This document shows, in pieces, positions 1 through 11,514 of a DNA stretch of 64,000 bases. The translations under genes and the position numbers were made by a program. Position 1 is the first letter of the stretch. Each line of letters opens with the position of its first letter. Origin of the DNA: Podarcis filfolensis (Eukaryota); NCBI GenBank assembly GCA_964270895.1, contig OZ185441.1. One strand, given 5' to 3'. The notes beneath the pieces are model-generated. The model saw nothing but the letters and a program-made list of their open reading frames with translations, made no database searches and was not told the origin of the DNA.

Positions 1-589
1 CTACATCTTTTCTCCTTTACAAACCAATCAGATTCTGACCGGCTCCTAAACCTCAGTTCTCATTTAGCAGGGAATCTATGTTCTTCTTATGTCAGGACAA
101 CTGTAGTCAATCGGTGAGCTTCTACTAAGAGTTCTCAAAACCAGTAGTCCCATACTTATTTTGTTTCCTCTACATCTTCTCCTATCTTTCATTCACCATG
201 ACGTGGTCCTGCTTTGTGGAATATTGGCTTTAGTGATCTGGTGATTGCTCCATATTGTAAACATCTGAGATGGGAGTGATCCCATTATTTTCATTAAGCT
301 GGTAGTTTGAGAGTCAGGTGAATCGCAGACAGTAAACAAAAGCCATTGAACCTAATGGTAGTTTGACTGAAGAGGAGACTTGTGGTGTAAAATGTCCCTG
401 GAATTATTTGTGCATTATGAGAGGTGGCTCAGATGCTCTGGAACCCTCCTCACCTGAAGTGTCTGTATTGATGGAGATGTGTGGACCTGGCCCAGCCAGG
501 TTGAAATGCATCATTTCCTGACATATATTTATGTGAGCACAAATGTGTTGTGAATTCATGGGTTGATGCTGCATTCATGAGGGATGCAC

Positions 590-700
590 TGGACTAAAAG
601 TCTCCAACCTGCATGCTATGGGAACTCCAATTCCCATCAGTCCCAGCCTGTGAGGGATGGTGGGAACTGCAGTCCAACAAATATGGAGTGTTCCCTCTGC
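590..700. mobile_element. Degraded short hAT/URR1-like MITE fragment
   Basis: Contains the GGGAACTCCAATTCCCATCAG...GATGGTGGGAACTGCAGTCC core also seen in the intact MITE at 6816-6951; termini and TSD not resolved. Confidence 0.4.
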
Positions 701-2175
701 ATAAAGGGTTTAAGAATGTCTGAGTTGACCCAGAGATTAGCAGATCATGTGCAGAATTTGTATCAGAATGCAATCAAGCAAACCCTCCTTTACTAAACAA
801 ATAAAAAAGCAGGAACAATAAAAAAACCCAAAACAAATAAAAAAGCAGGAAAAGGCAAGCAGCCTTCTGCTCCCAAACTCTCAACCATTAAAAAAATGAC
901 AGAAGAGTCCCCAAACTGAGCCTTCTGAGCCCTGTGGTAGTGGCCTCACCATGATAAACTAAATCATCTGTACAAGCTGGTTCCAATAAACCAATGAATG
1001 TGATAAAGGGGGTGCTATTATATTACAAAGCCCAGAAGGCTCCGGCACTTCAGCTATCACAAACCGAATAGATTAAAAGTATTTTAATGGGACTGACATA
1101 GCTTTCCACAGTGAAAACAGGACTATAGGCAGAAAATAGCCCTTTATACGGTAGGTCACCTGGACAACTTAGGAGGAGATAATCTCGTTTGTTCTGATCA
1201 TTTGATATTTTGAAAACAGTGAAGGAAACTCTATAAAAGGCATCTGGGAAGCAAATAAGTTTTTTTATATATATAAAAATCTGGTAATAAAAGGTTTCCC
1301 TTTCAAGGAGAAAGAACTAGAGGAAAAACAAAACAAAACAAAAAGAAATTATAACCTATGTTTGTACAGATCTGTGAATTATTTTCAGTCAGAACTACTG
1401 CTGAAACATTTTATGTTATGGAACACTTAATTTGAAAAATGTGTTGCGATCTTTGTTTGTGTGAGTTCACCATCATCTTATGTGGCAGATGCCTGAGCAA
1501 TTGTTTTACAATAGACCTTCTGGGCAGATCTCCATATTTGACCCAGTGGGCACCTGCAGCTTTCACCATGAGGGTATGCAATGCTCCTGTCAGAAGTAGA
1601 GTGGCTCTGTGTCCTACTCTACAAGGGATGGTCCTCTGCTAGAAAGGATGTTAAAAGATGAAGGGCTGATTGGTCCAGATCCAGTTAGAAGATAATAAAC
1701 CACAAGAAAGCAGAGGAGAGAACTTGAGTTTGTTCATCAACACAAAAGCACCTGGACTGCAGACTATGCAGGCACACAGGTCACTTGGCAGCAGGTGACA
1801 GGTATGGTATTTCTATTATGTCTAAATTTGCTTCTATACATTTGCATTGGATATGCAATTTTTAATGCAAGTACATGTTCACCTTCTTCTGCTTTTTCAG
1901 TGATGCATTTCCTGTTTTGCAGTGATGTTTAAGCAGCCAGCATAGATGAAAGCAAAGTGAATAGAATTACTTGATCCAGGTAAATAAGATTTGTATAACA
2001 GAGGTGTATTTAAATCCATCTCCCAGGTGCCCGTGCACACTTCCCACAGCCTATAGAACCATCAGTACATGTGAGGGCCTAAGTGTGTAAATATCTAAGT
2101 CAGCAGGAGCATGAAAAGGAAGAAATAGGCATGCTTTGGGTGTGTGAGTTGAGAGCCCATCTCAGGTAAGTTTAC

Positions 2176-2414
2176 CAGGCAGAGGGCCTTCTCAGTAGTG
2201 GCACCCTCCCTGTGGAACAGCCTTCCTTCAGATGTCAAAGAGATATAGAACTATACAAATTTAGAAGACATCTGAAGGCAGCCCTGTATTGGGGAGTTTT
2301 TTATGTTTGATGCTTTATTATGTTTTATATATTCTGTAAGCCACCCAGAGTGGCTGGGGAAACCCAGCCAGATGAGCTGGGTACAAATAATAAAATCATT
2401 ATTATTATTATTAC
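2176..2414 (+). mobile_element. L2-type LINE 3' end (squamate family) with (ATT)n tail
   Basis: GAGGGCCTTCTCAGTAGTGGCACCC...CCACCCAGAGTGGCTGGGGAAACCCAGCCAGATG followed by ATTATTATT; near-identical copy at 17140-17400 and tail at 48325-48400. Confidence 0.7.
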
Positions 2415-2715
2415 TTCTTTCTGATTAAGGTAGCTGGCTGATGGTCTCTGGTCTGGGGATTCCTATACTCCTACACCCATCCCTCAGAAGCTTGACTTCA
2501 GATTGTTGAACCCCTTTGGCCAAATAACCTTTCAGCAGCAACCTACGTTCCTTAAAGGTCATGTTGAACAGTAGCCTTCCTAACGCAGGTGCCCTCCAAA
2601 TATTTTGGACGATGACTTCCATCAGTTGTGTTGGCATGACAGTTGTAGTCCAAAGCTTCTAGAGGGGATCAGGCTGATTTACAGGGTTGCTGCAACATAT
2701 GAAGCATTTTGGATA

Positions 2716-2952
2716 CAGTGGTACCTCGGGTTAAGAACTTAATTCATTCTGGAGGTCCGTTCCTGAAACTGTTCTTAACCTGGAGCACCACTCTAGCTTA
2801 TGGGGCCTCCCCCTGCTGCCGCGCCGCCAGAGTACGATTTTTGTTCTCATCCTGAAGCAAAGTTCTTAACCTGAGGTAATATTTCTGGGTTAGCAGAGTC
2901 TGTAACCTGAAGCGTCTGTAACCTGATGCAACTGTAACCCAAGGTACCACTG
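2716..2952 (+). mobile_element. Tc1/mariner (Tigger/pogo-like) MITE, copy 1
   Basis: TIR CAGTGGTACCTCGGGTTA...TAACCCAAGGTACCACTG, TA on both sides, subterminal GTAACCTGAAG repeats. Confidence 0.88.
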
Positions 2953-3843
2953 TATTAGACATATCATATGAATGCAATTATTTTAAACCAGTTAATGTCT
3001 TTATGAAGCCTCCTTTATTTGTTTAAACAAATTACCTCCCAGGGCGTGTGTGTGGTTTTTTTTACTTATGATTTTATCTCTGTAGGAGTTGTGGCATTGC
3101 ATTCTTCTCAAGAAGATGATGACCATGGAGTCTTTGGTGTTTTGCTTTGGCAGTCCGTTCCCCCCCCCCCCCCCGATTGTTTATCACCAGCCAGCATGAC
3201 ATTGATAGAGCTTCCCTTGGAAATATGTTGTGCCATTCATGATGTAATCTCCTGGCAATAGAAAACTAGCAAGAGAAAATGGTTATGTTTTCAATTAGAC
3301 TACTAAGTAATCACACAAAGGCTAATAGTGAACGATTCTGTATTCCCAGGGTGCCCTGACCAATTGTTTTGTAAATTGATTTCAGGACTAAGGACACAAG
3401 CATGACAGCAAGAATATTATTTATGGTTTGGAAGATCCCTTTTGTCACTTCTGCTTCTCCCTCTCTCTTGCCTCCCCACTTTAAATAGTTTCTGGCAGAG
3501 TAGCAACAAAATAGGGCTTATTCTTCGAAGTGTCATGTTTTCACATTAGGCATTAAAAAACAACAATGATAAATTTATACTTGGATTGATAGAGTTGTTA
3601 AAATTCTGCTGCCACTAAACATGTTTCTTATTCCTTGGGAAATGAATGATTTCCATGCAAGAACTTTTGACATGTTTGTTTTGCTACGAATACTTACTCT
3701 GCTTTTTTTGGGGGGGGGGTATATTTACTCTTGGCTTTTTGTCAAATAGATCCTCCTAATATCAGCTACATCATGCTTAATTTTTGCAGGTACTAAATGC
3801 ATAGTACAGCACACTCTCTTCTAATAAAATACTAACAGAGAAA

Positions 3844-4033
3844 GGCCATAGCTCAGTGACAGAGCATTTGATCTGCATGCAGAAGGTCCCAGATTCAATC
3901 CCCAGGATCTCCTGGGAGGGCTGTGGAAAACTGTTATCTGAAACCCTGGAGATCTGCTGCCATTCAGTGTAGACAATACTGAACTAGGTCGACTAATTGT
4001 CTGACTCTCAGTGTAAGGACTTCCTTATGTTTC
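3844..4033 (+). mobile_element. tRNA-derived SINE (Squam-like)
   Basis: tRNA-like head GGCCATAGCTCAGTGACAGAGC...GATTCAATCCCCAG with degenerate A/B boxes, followed by a non-tRNA body ending TTCCTTATGTTTC. Confidence 0.7.
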
Positions 4034-4039
4034 AAAGAC

Positions 4040-4742
4040 ATCTAAATGTCAGTTGCTGAAACTGAAATCCACCCCTCCCCACAGCCGTCTAAGTTCCTAC
4101 CTCTCTAGAACTTTTCCCAAGCAAATACTGTGTCTGTGTGAAGCCAAACTTTCCTCTGCCCTTTCCATGCCTCTTCTGGTTCTGGGATACAAGGGGAGTG
4201 TTATGTTGTGGGTGAACATATCAGACAACACAGCGATTCTTCAAACAGCTCTTGTTTATTCACAGGCCAGAACAGAATTGAACTGAAGGGTTCAGCCAGC
4301 CTGCTTATATAGAGCTCCACTACAACGCAATAGTAACCACTTTCTGTAACTATCCAATCACTGAACGTCACTTTCGATCCCTTATCTGCATATGTGGACC
4401 TGAGTGAAAACTATCTACGGTATCCCCCTGCTGGCCCAGGGTGAGAACTTCAGTACATAACAGGGAGAGTGGAGCTTGTTGTGGCAGGAGGGAGAGACAC
4501 TTGTGACTCTCCACGAGCCTGATTCATCTCTGCTTCTTGGCCTCCCTCTCCTGCTTCTGATTCTGGACTTCTCTCTGCCACAGACTCTCCCAGCTCACTA
4601 AGCCCTGTTACCGCTTCAGCTTCTGACACCTCCTTCTCCCAGTCTTCTCTGTCTTCTCTGTTCATTCATCATCATCCCACCACCAATCCCCATGCGCTGA
4701 ACCTTCTTCCATTGGGGGTTCCCCAGCTGGTTCCTTCCGTCA
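4040..4742 (-). mobile_element. 3'-truncated LTR-like element (family D) with decayed acidic-to-basic ORF, interrupted by a solo LTR
   Basis: Minus strand starts TGACGGAAGG and encodes EPAGEPPMEEGSAHGDWWWDDDE / REDREDWEKEVSEAE...SLPPATTSSTLP. After removing the 4199-4462 insert and one TSD copy the frame continues LYPRTRRGMERAEESLASHRHSICLGK. The 3' terminus was not found. Confidence 0.55.
4199..4462 (-). mobile_element. Solo LTR (family A, 264 bp) nested in element D
   Basis: 8-bp terminal inverted repeat TGTTATGT...ACATAACA and perfect 5-bp TSD GGGAG (4194-4198, 4463-4467). Also a CCAAT box (4354-4358, reads ATTGG on the LTR strand), and on the minus strand TATA CTATATAAG (4304-4312) and AATAAA (4255-4260). 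Confidence 0.9.
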
Positions 4743-5740
4743 ATCCTCTGCACCCAACTAATACATTGTGTGAGAGGAATGGTCCATCCCCTTCCACCAC
4801 AACGCTCTTTCCCTTCCTGCAGACATCTATTGGCTGGAGGGATAATGTCTGGAGCAAGGACCATGTTCCGTTCCTGGGGGCGGGGCTCTGTGCAGTTTTG
4901 AACCCTGGGAGTCCAGCCTGTGGAAGGTGATAATGTCAGCAATGGGGATAGAGGAGATGGGGGCCAACAGCCTCACCCCACTCTCTACCCCTGTATGATA
5001 GTCATCACATGCATGTGTGTGCAAGAGAAAGAATACCTGAACAGGACTCCTACTCACAACACACATTTTTCAGTGAAATCTTTGTTTTGGAAGTACAGCT
5101 GATTTGAGGATTTCATTATATCATATTCATAGTAGATACTGACATCATTGGCCTTTAAAGTAAGGCCCTTTAGGCCTAGGGTCCTTGCTACCTTGTGCAG
5201 ATAAACACAAAACTGTGCTGTAATTTTAGGCTTTGGGTCTATAAAGATGAATGATAATGATACTGAGAAATGCTGAAAGCCTCCAGGGATATTTCTGATA
5301 TAAGAAAGTGTGGTGAGCCTGTCTGTATAACTGATCACACCTCACCTTAGCAGCTTATTCAGAAATCAATGCAACATAAATACACTCATGCACAAAATCT
5401 GTTTTGGTTTTTTTTTTTTTTTTGGAGGGGGGAGAGTTCAATGAGAAAATGAAAGCAGAAGCATTCATGTTCAAAAATTATAAATGCATTGTTATTTCCT
5501 CTGATGAAATCTGGTTGTAAAATAAAAGAGAGAAAGAAACACCCCGTGCTTTATTTTAAAAGCATAACAAAACAATAACTAGAAATTGATCCAATGTAAT
5601 TGTCTGCAAAATATCTAATAAACAGCTTCTATACATTGGATTTAAACTTCCTCAGAGGGAAGGAAAAGTTGACCAAAGTCAGGCAAGAGTTAAAGGCTAA
5701 CCTGGTGACTGTGTTCGGCTGAGCTAGGATGGATTCCTTT

Positions 5741-5771
5741 TTAACAACAACAACAACAACAACAACAACAA
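5741..5771. repeat. (AAC)n microsatellite
   Basis: Direct reading of tandem AAC units. Confidence 0.95.
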
Positions 5772-6370
5772 TTGTTATTAATTTTCAATTATTAAAATCC
5801 AGTAACAGCCACATTTTATCAATATCAAATTACCATTCCCATCCAAATATAGATCAATTATACAGCCAATTATACATTTTGAGTGACTTCCCGTGGGCTG
5901 GGTTTCGGGGTGCAAAGTTCTTCTTTCTTCCTGCTTCCAAAATCGAGCTAGGGTGGATTCAAATCAGGCACTCTTTTTCAGAATCTGTGCACACAACTTC
6001 AGGCAGAACCTGGCAAATGTATTCCTGGAACTAAACCTACAATCTTACAAAGTTGCTTCTACCTGGCCGTAGCTTCTCCCCAGTATTGTCCCTGCCACAT
6101 TCTTCCCAACTTTTCAGTGCTCACTTGGAAGTATTAATGCATTTTTACCTCACCCATGGAGGAGTGTGCTGTTCTTTTCTCTCCTCCATTTTATCATCAT
6201 AGCAACCCTGTGAGTGAGGTAGGTTAGCTGATCAATAACAGGGTGTCCATGGGCATTTGAATGGGGATTTTGAGTTTCACCAGTTCTAGTCTGTCACTGA
6301 TCCATCTTTCACTGCCCCTCCAGAGAAAGCTTACAAGGTACCAAATTTGACGTCTCTTAGCCCAGGCCTT

Positions 6371-6587
6371 CTCATGAGAAGAGAAGACTCCCTGGAAAAG
6401 ACCCTGATGTTGGGAAAGATGGAGGGCACAAGGAGAAGAGGACGACGGAGGATGAGATGGTTGGACAGTGTTCTTGAAGCTACCAGCATGAGTTTGACCA
6501 AACTGCGGGAGGCAGTGGAAGACAGAAGTGCCTGGCGTGCTCTGGTCCATGGGGTCACGAAGAGTTGGACACGACTAAACAACAACA
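6371..6587 (+). mobile_element. Bov-B (RTE clade) LINE 3' end
   Basis: Encodes LMRREDSLEKTLMLGKMEGTRRRGRRRMRWLDSV...VHGVTKSWTRL, has a (CAA)n tail and a 12-bp TSD AGCCCAGGCCTT (6359-6370, 6588-6599). Confidence 0.92.
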
Positions 6588-6815
6588 AGCCCAGGCCTTT
6601 GCCACCATTCATTTATAACATTTCAGAGTAACCTTTCCAACTTAGAAGCATGGCTGGGGAACCCCTTTCTGACTGAGGGTTGCATCTGGGCAACCATCAA
6701 GGGGGCACAAGCCTCTGGTGAGAGGGATGAGAGCCAAAAGTGGGTAATGCAACAAATATAAATGCTATATAAATCCATATAAATATAAATGCTACCATTT
6801 TTCATTAGGCTAGTT

Positions 6816-6951
6816 CAGGCTTCCTCAAACTCGGCCCTCCAGATGTTTTTGGCCTACAACTCCCATGATCCCCAGCTAGCAGGACCAGTGGTCAGGAATG
6901 ATGGGAATTGTAGTCTCAAAACATCTGGAGGGACAAGTTTGAGGAAGCCTG
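6816..6951. mobile_element. hAT (Charlie/URR1-like) MITE
   Basis: TIR CAGGCTTCCTCAAAC...GTTTGAGGAAGCCTG; 8-bp TSD GGCTAGTT/GGCTAGCT with central CTAG typical of Charlie-type hATs. Confidence 0.88.
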
Positions 6952-6962
6952 GGCTAGCTTCT

Positions 6963-6970
6963 ACACACAC

Positions 6971-7019
<49 letters not shown>

Positions 7020-7021
7020 TG
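6963..7021. repeat. Compound (AC)n(AG)n microsatellite
   Basis: Direct reading. Confidence 0.95.
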
Positions 7022-7414
7022 TGTCTTCAATTCAGGCATGATCAGAATTCAATGACACATTCCAGCTGGTCAGGGGTGTGGCCAGGGGAGAGAGAAACCA
7101 AGGAGGCGGCATGTCCCAAGGAGAGGTTCAAGGGCCAGATGGTGAGCTCTGGAGGACCTCATTTGGCTCCCAGGCCAGAGGTTTCCTGAAACAGCCATTT
7201 TAAAGGAAACAAACCTCAAATGACAAAGGTGTCATGTAAACAGCCATACTAATTGACAACTAATTCAAATGATGTCATCTGAATAGAAACAGAGAATAAA
7301 TCGGCAATTTTTACAAGCCAAGTTGGCAACAAAACTTATATATTTTTGTAAATTGGAAAACAGGCAAGCCCACTATTCCTTTGGCATAGTATTCCAAAGG
7401 GAAGGTGCCACAAT

Positions 7415-7419
<5 letters not shown>

Positions 7420-7469
<50 letters not shown>

Positions 7470-7475
7470 CCCCCC
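7420..7475. repeat. (CT)n microsatellite followed by a C-run
   Basis: Direct reading. Confidence 0.95.
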
Positions 7476-10400
7476 CCACTTTTCCCTCTCTGTATACAAG
7501 AGAGGAACCCAATATTGATGGTGGACACTAACTTTGTTGGACATACTTTAGCATTAGTTCCATATCACACAAGTGTGCCAGAAAAATTGGGACATCCCGA
7601 CTGTTTTTTATCATGAGAGAACGGTGGCAATTTTGGTTGCCAGGATAGTGCATGATTTCACACACAATTCCTCCCCCCCCGCCCAAAATGCATTTTTTCA
7701 GGACTGTGATCTTGTGCGGCACCCCAATTTGTGTGTTACTTCGCACCGTGCCCAGAAAAGGCTTTTTTTGAGGGTGTGTGTGGTAATTTTGGTGCAAAAT
7801 CATAGCAACCAAAATGGATGCCATGATAAAAAAAAAAACAGAAAGATGGCATCTGGGAAGATGGCATCCCATATTTTGGCTTCAAAGTGTTGGAGCATAT
7901 TTAGTTCCATTCCATGTTTTCCATACACAAAGCAAGGGATTAGATCTTGCATTAAGAAAGGGCATTCACACCTTACTTTTTGTATTCCCCACCCTGGATG
8001 TTGATGTGCAGCATTTGTTGCAGTATATTTTTATATCTATAATTTGAGAATATAACTGATCAGTCCATTTTTGAGTAACCTGTTCTACCCTGGTTTTTTT
8101 AATGGCTTCTTTTTATAAATAAGACATAACAAGACAATGGCTGAATATCCTGTTCAGTCCAGTGACCACTGTATATTATAACTGAAAGGTCCTGCAAATT
8201 AGACACCTAATTGCAGCAAAGCTCTGCATGAATACCACTAAAAAGGCATCGTCCTGAAGCCCAAAGGCAGAGATCATATGCAGGAACAGTCCCTCTTGTC
8301 GGTGAATGATTATATTGTTCCCTTTTTGGAAGGCTGACAAAATAGCTTGTTGCTGACTATTCCTGCGGAGTGAAGGAAATTACCAAGTATGTATATCCTG
8401 CATATGTTCTTTCAAACAGCACTGAAAGACAAAATTAAAATAATGCACACTTAATATTTATATGCACACTAAACATTTATTATTCAACCACCTATGTCCA
8501 TTTCCCCTCTATTACACACTGTATTTCTACAACCAATCAAGAGTGTTCCATTTGGGATGAGGAGGCAATTATACATACATCATCAGGCATTTTGGAGTCA
8601 AAATTCAGGACATATCTATGCATTTGTACAAACAAACAATGGCATCAAAAGGAAATGAAATACAGAAAGGTACAGATATGATCATTACATCATTAACACA
8701 GGGCCGTCACAAAAAACGCAGCTGTCGATAATCTAAATATTGTGACGTTAGTAAGCCAGTTAACATGGGTTGTGTGATAAAATATCTTATGTCTCAATTC
8801 TACAATTGCCAACTTTTGGTCCTGGCAAATGCCTGCTTGGTAAAGATTTGCCAACTGAGTTTCTGCTTTCCTGACATCTGCAGAGGGCAAAGGAGCCATT
8901 TCAGAATAATAAGCGGAGAACCTTCCTTGGATGTGCTGAATTTCACCTCAGGCGATGTTCATAGGTGAATATGGAGGCTTCTACTTCAGCAAAGGCATTT
9001 GGGGAATTTTGAGGGAAGCTTAAAGTATTTCCAAGAGCCTTTTTTGTGGGGAGTGGAGAATTAATGCATTTTAAGTCACTCTCAGTCGTTTCAACTCCAC
9101 ACAGTAAAGGCCATAAGTGGAAATCCCAAGTTATCTTCCTTTTACCTCCTTCTGTGGTAACATTTAAGTTTCCAACATATCCTAAAGGTCTCCTTCACAA
9201 ACTTTGAAAGCGAAATGTACTTTCAGAGACTTGAAACAGTGGCCTGGAGCCCAAGAACCATTCACTTAATTTTGCACATCCAGATGCTACACTTGAATCC
9301 CTCCCTGCCTCTGTGTGTGAAGTAGTTCTTTTTATCCCATTCTCTCAATATTTGGGGTCATTAGTTAAAATTCCATTCTGTAAGGTTGAAAAACTAGCAT
9401 ACATGCTATTTCAGATCATGTGTAGAGTGCCTTGAGTTGACCTTTGCGGCTGTTTCACTTTCCTAAGTGGAGCGAAACATCCAAATGTCTTCTTTTTGTG
9501 CCTGTGTTTTGAAAAAGAGCAACTCTGCTCTCCTCTCATTTCAATATGGCTCTTGTTATGAAAGTGTATAGATCCCGTTTTAGCTATTTACATCGGCTGT
9601 AATGCTGAACCAACATTTAAATGCTAGTTCAAGATTTTCATTAGTGTACCTGAAACCAAAACTCAAATTCTTCCAATTCTCCTATGCATTTTTCTCCCAT
9701 ATAACTCCATTGACTCTTGAACTTGACATCAGTATTCTGTATCAGTGAGAACAAGGTCTTCTTATGCATGTAGAACTAATATTCCAGTTAGATCATAAGC
9801 CTTCTTGACTGATTGCTCTCTCTCTCTCTCAGCTGATACGTCTTTGCCATACAAATGGTGGTGGTGAGGCCTCAATTGTATGATCTGCTGACTACAGCTA
9901 AAAACAGCCATGCAGATAAAATTGCCCACCTTAAAATGTTAGCACCACATCTCTTGTAAGTAACATGTGGTGCCAAGCTTGCAAATATTACACTATTAGG
10001 AGTTTATAGGTCAATACCTTTTGGTTACAGAAATGTCAGTGGGATGGAAAATACAGCATACCTTTGTACTGTTCCTGAGCTGACCACTTTGAATACCTAT
10101 CTTGTTTTCGCTAAATTTGTATCTGCAGGTGCATGGTTTCAACCAGGTTGCACCATCAACCAGCTGCAAAGTGTTTGGCATTGGCAGTCCTGGCCTCACC
10201 CACACAATTTCTGCTTCCTTCTCTGTCTGTGCCACAGCTGTCATCTCCTTTTCCTTTGTGCTGTTTGCAGGAGATCCCAGTTGTCTGCTGAAACTGGACT
10301 ATAATAATAGGACAGAGGGATTGGAGAGAGGAGCTGGGACTACCTGCTGTAAGTGGGGCTGCTTATTTTCAATGAACTGAGAGAGCCTCTGTGTTCAGTT

Positions 10401-10814
10401 GTGCCTCTGAATACCAGTGGCCGGGGAGCACAGTTGGATCATGCACTCATATGATGCTTGCAGGCTTGCCTTAAGCATATTGTGGACCACTCGGGGAACA
10501 GGATGCTGGATGTACCTTTGACCTGATCCAACAGGGCTCTGCTTATGCAAAGCTGGATCTTGCCCTGGTATATAGGCAAAAATATTGTATTCTCTTTCAT
10601 GGGAATTTGGGTTGTCCATGTCCATTAGCATATCGTGGCTCTTCAGGATTTTCAAACATATAGGGAAAGCAAAGAACTATTATTAGAATAGCTTCAAAGT
10701 CTGCTTCTGATTTTTTTTTTAAAAAAGCTGATTTGCAAGAAAATATATTTAGATGATCTGGTAAATGAAATAAAACACACACCTCCCTCCCCACGTTTCC
10801 CATGATAAGATCTC

Positions 10815-11187
10815 CCAGAAGAATGGCAGACAAAATTAATGGACTACGCAGAATTGGACAAAATGACAGGAAGGATTCGAAACCTGCGGGACCAGAGATT
10901 TACAGAAGATTGGAAGAAATATACGAACTATTTGAAGAGCAACTGTAATCAACAAATTACGCTAGCAGGACTACAAGAAGTTTTGTAAGGAGGAATATAT
11001 GAAATATTACAAAGAAGAGAAAGAAGAGAGATATTAATTATGACATTTAAATGTAATAGTGAAAGTAAGAAATGTAAATTAAGTGAAAAAGATTGGAAAA
11101 TTTTCAGATGTGATTGATGGAAGTCAAAAAATTGTTTAAGATATAAAAGTATGTTTAGTAATTGTTGACAATGCTATGTTAAAAAAC

Positions 11188-11195
<8 letters not shown>
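10815..11195 (+). mobile_element. L1-clade LINE 3' end (ORF2 C-terminus plus 3' UTR)
   Basis: Translates EEWQTKLMDYAELDKMTGRIRNLRDQRFTEDWKKYTNYLK, homologous to the L1 ends at 19.1 kb and 36.1 kb; followed by an A-rich UTR and (TA)n. Confidence 0.8.

Positions 11196-11240
<45 letters not shown>
11194..11240. repeat. (TA)n microsatellite at the L1 tail
   Basis: Direct reading. Confidence 0.95.
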
Positions 11241-11243
<3 letters not shown>

Positions 11244-11440
11244 TGATCTCCCATAGTTCTTTCCTAAATCCTAAGGTGAAAAAACTTTCACAAAGCTGGC
11301 CAGTGTTCTAGATCAGTACCTCATAATCAAACCAGTATCTCCTTTAGCGGGGGATAATATATACAAAAAAAGCAGAATGCATTTATGAAGAAGGTGGTAG
11401 CCTTTCTTTTTCCAAAACCCATCTATGCGACATGTATAAA

Positions 11441-11441
<1 letters not shown>

Positions 11442-11512
<71 letters not shown>
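11442..11512. repeat. Compound (GT)n(GA)n microsatellite
   Basis: Direct reading. Confidence 0.95.

Positions 11513-11514
<2 letters not shown>

Noticed and set aside
454-517. Minus-strand exon candidate (EMMHFNLAGPGPHISINTDTS) with good donor CAG|GTGAGG
   Set aside because: Acceptor lacks a polypyrimidine tract, the peptide is not recognised, and no partner exons were found.
4045-4939. AATGTCAG direct repeats as an 8-bp hAT TSD
   Set aside because: No terminal inverted repeats inside them; better explained by the LTR-like element D plus chance.
7311-7616. ORFs with ERERER/LSLSLS runs (also 6789-7055 and 63433-63905) and ORFs spanning N gaps
   Set aside because: Artefacts of microsatellites and assembly gaps.
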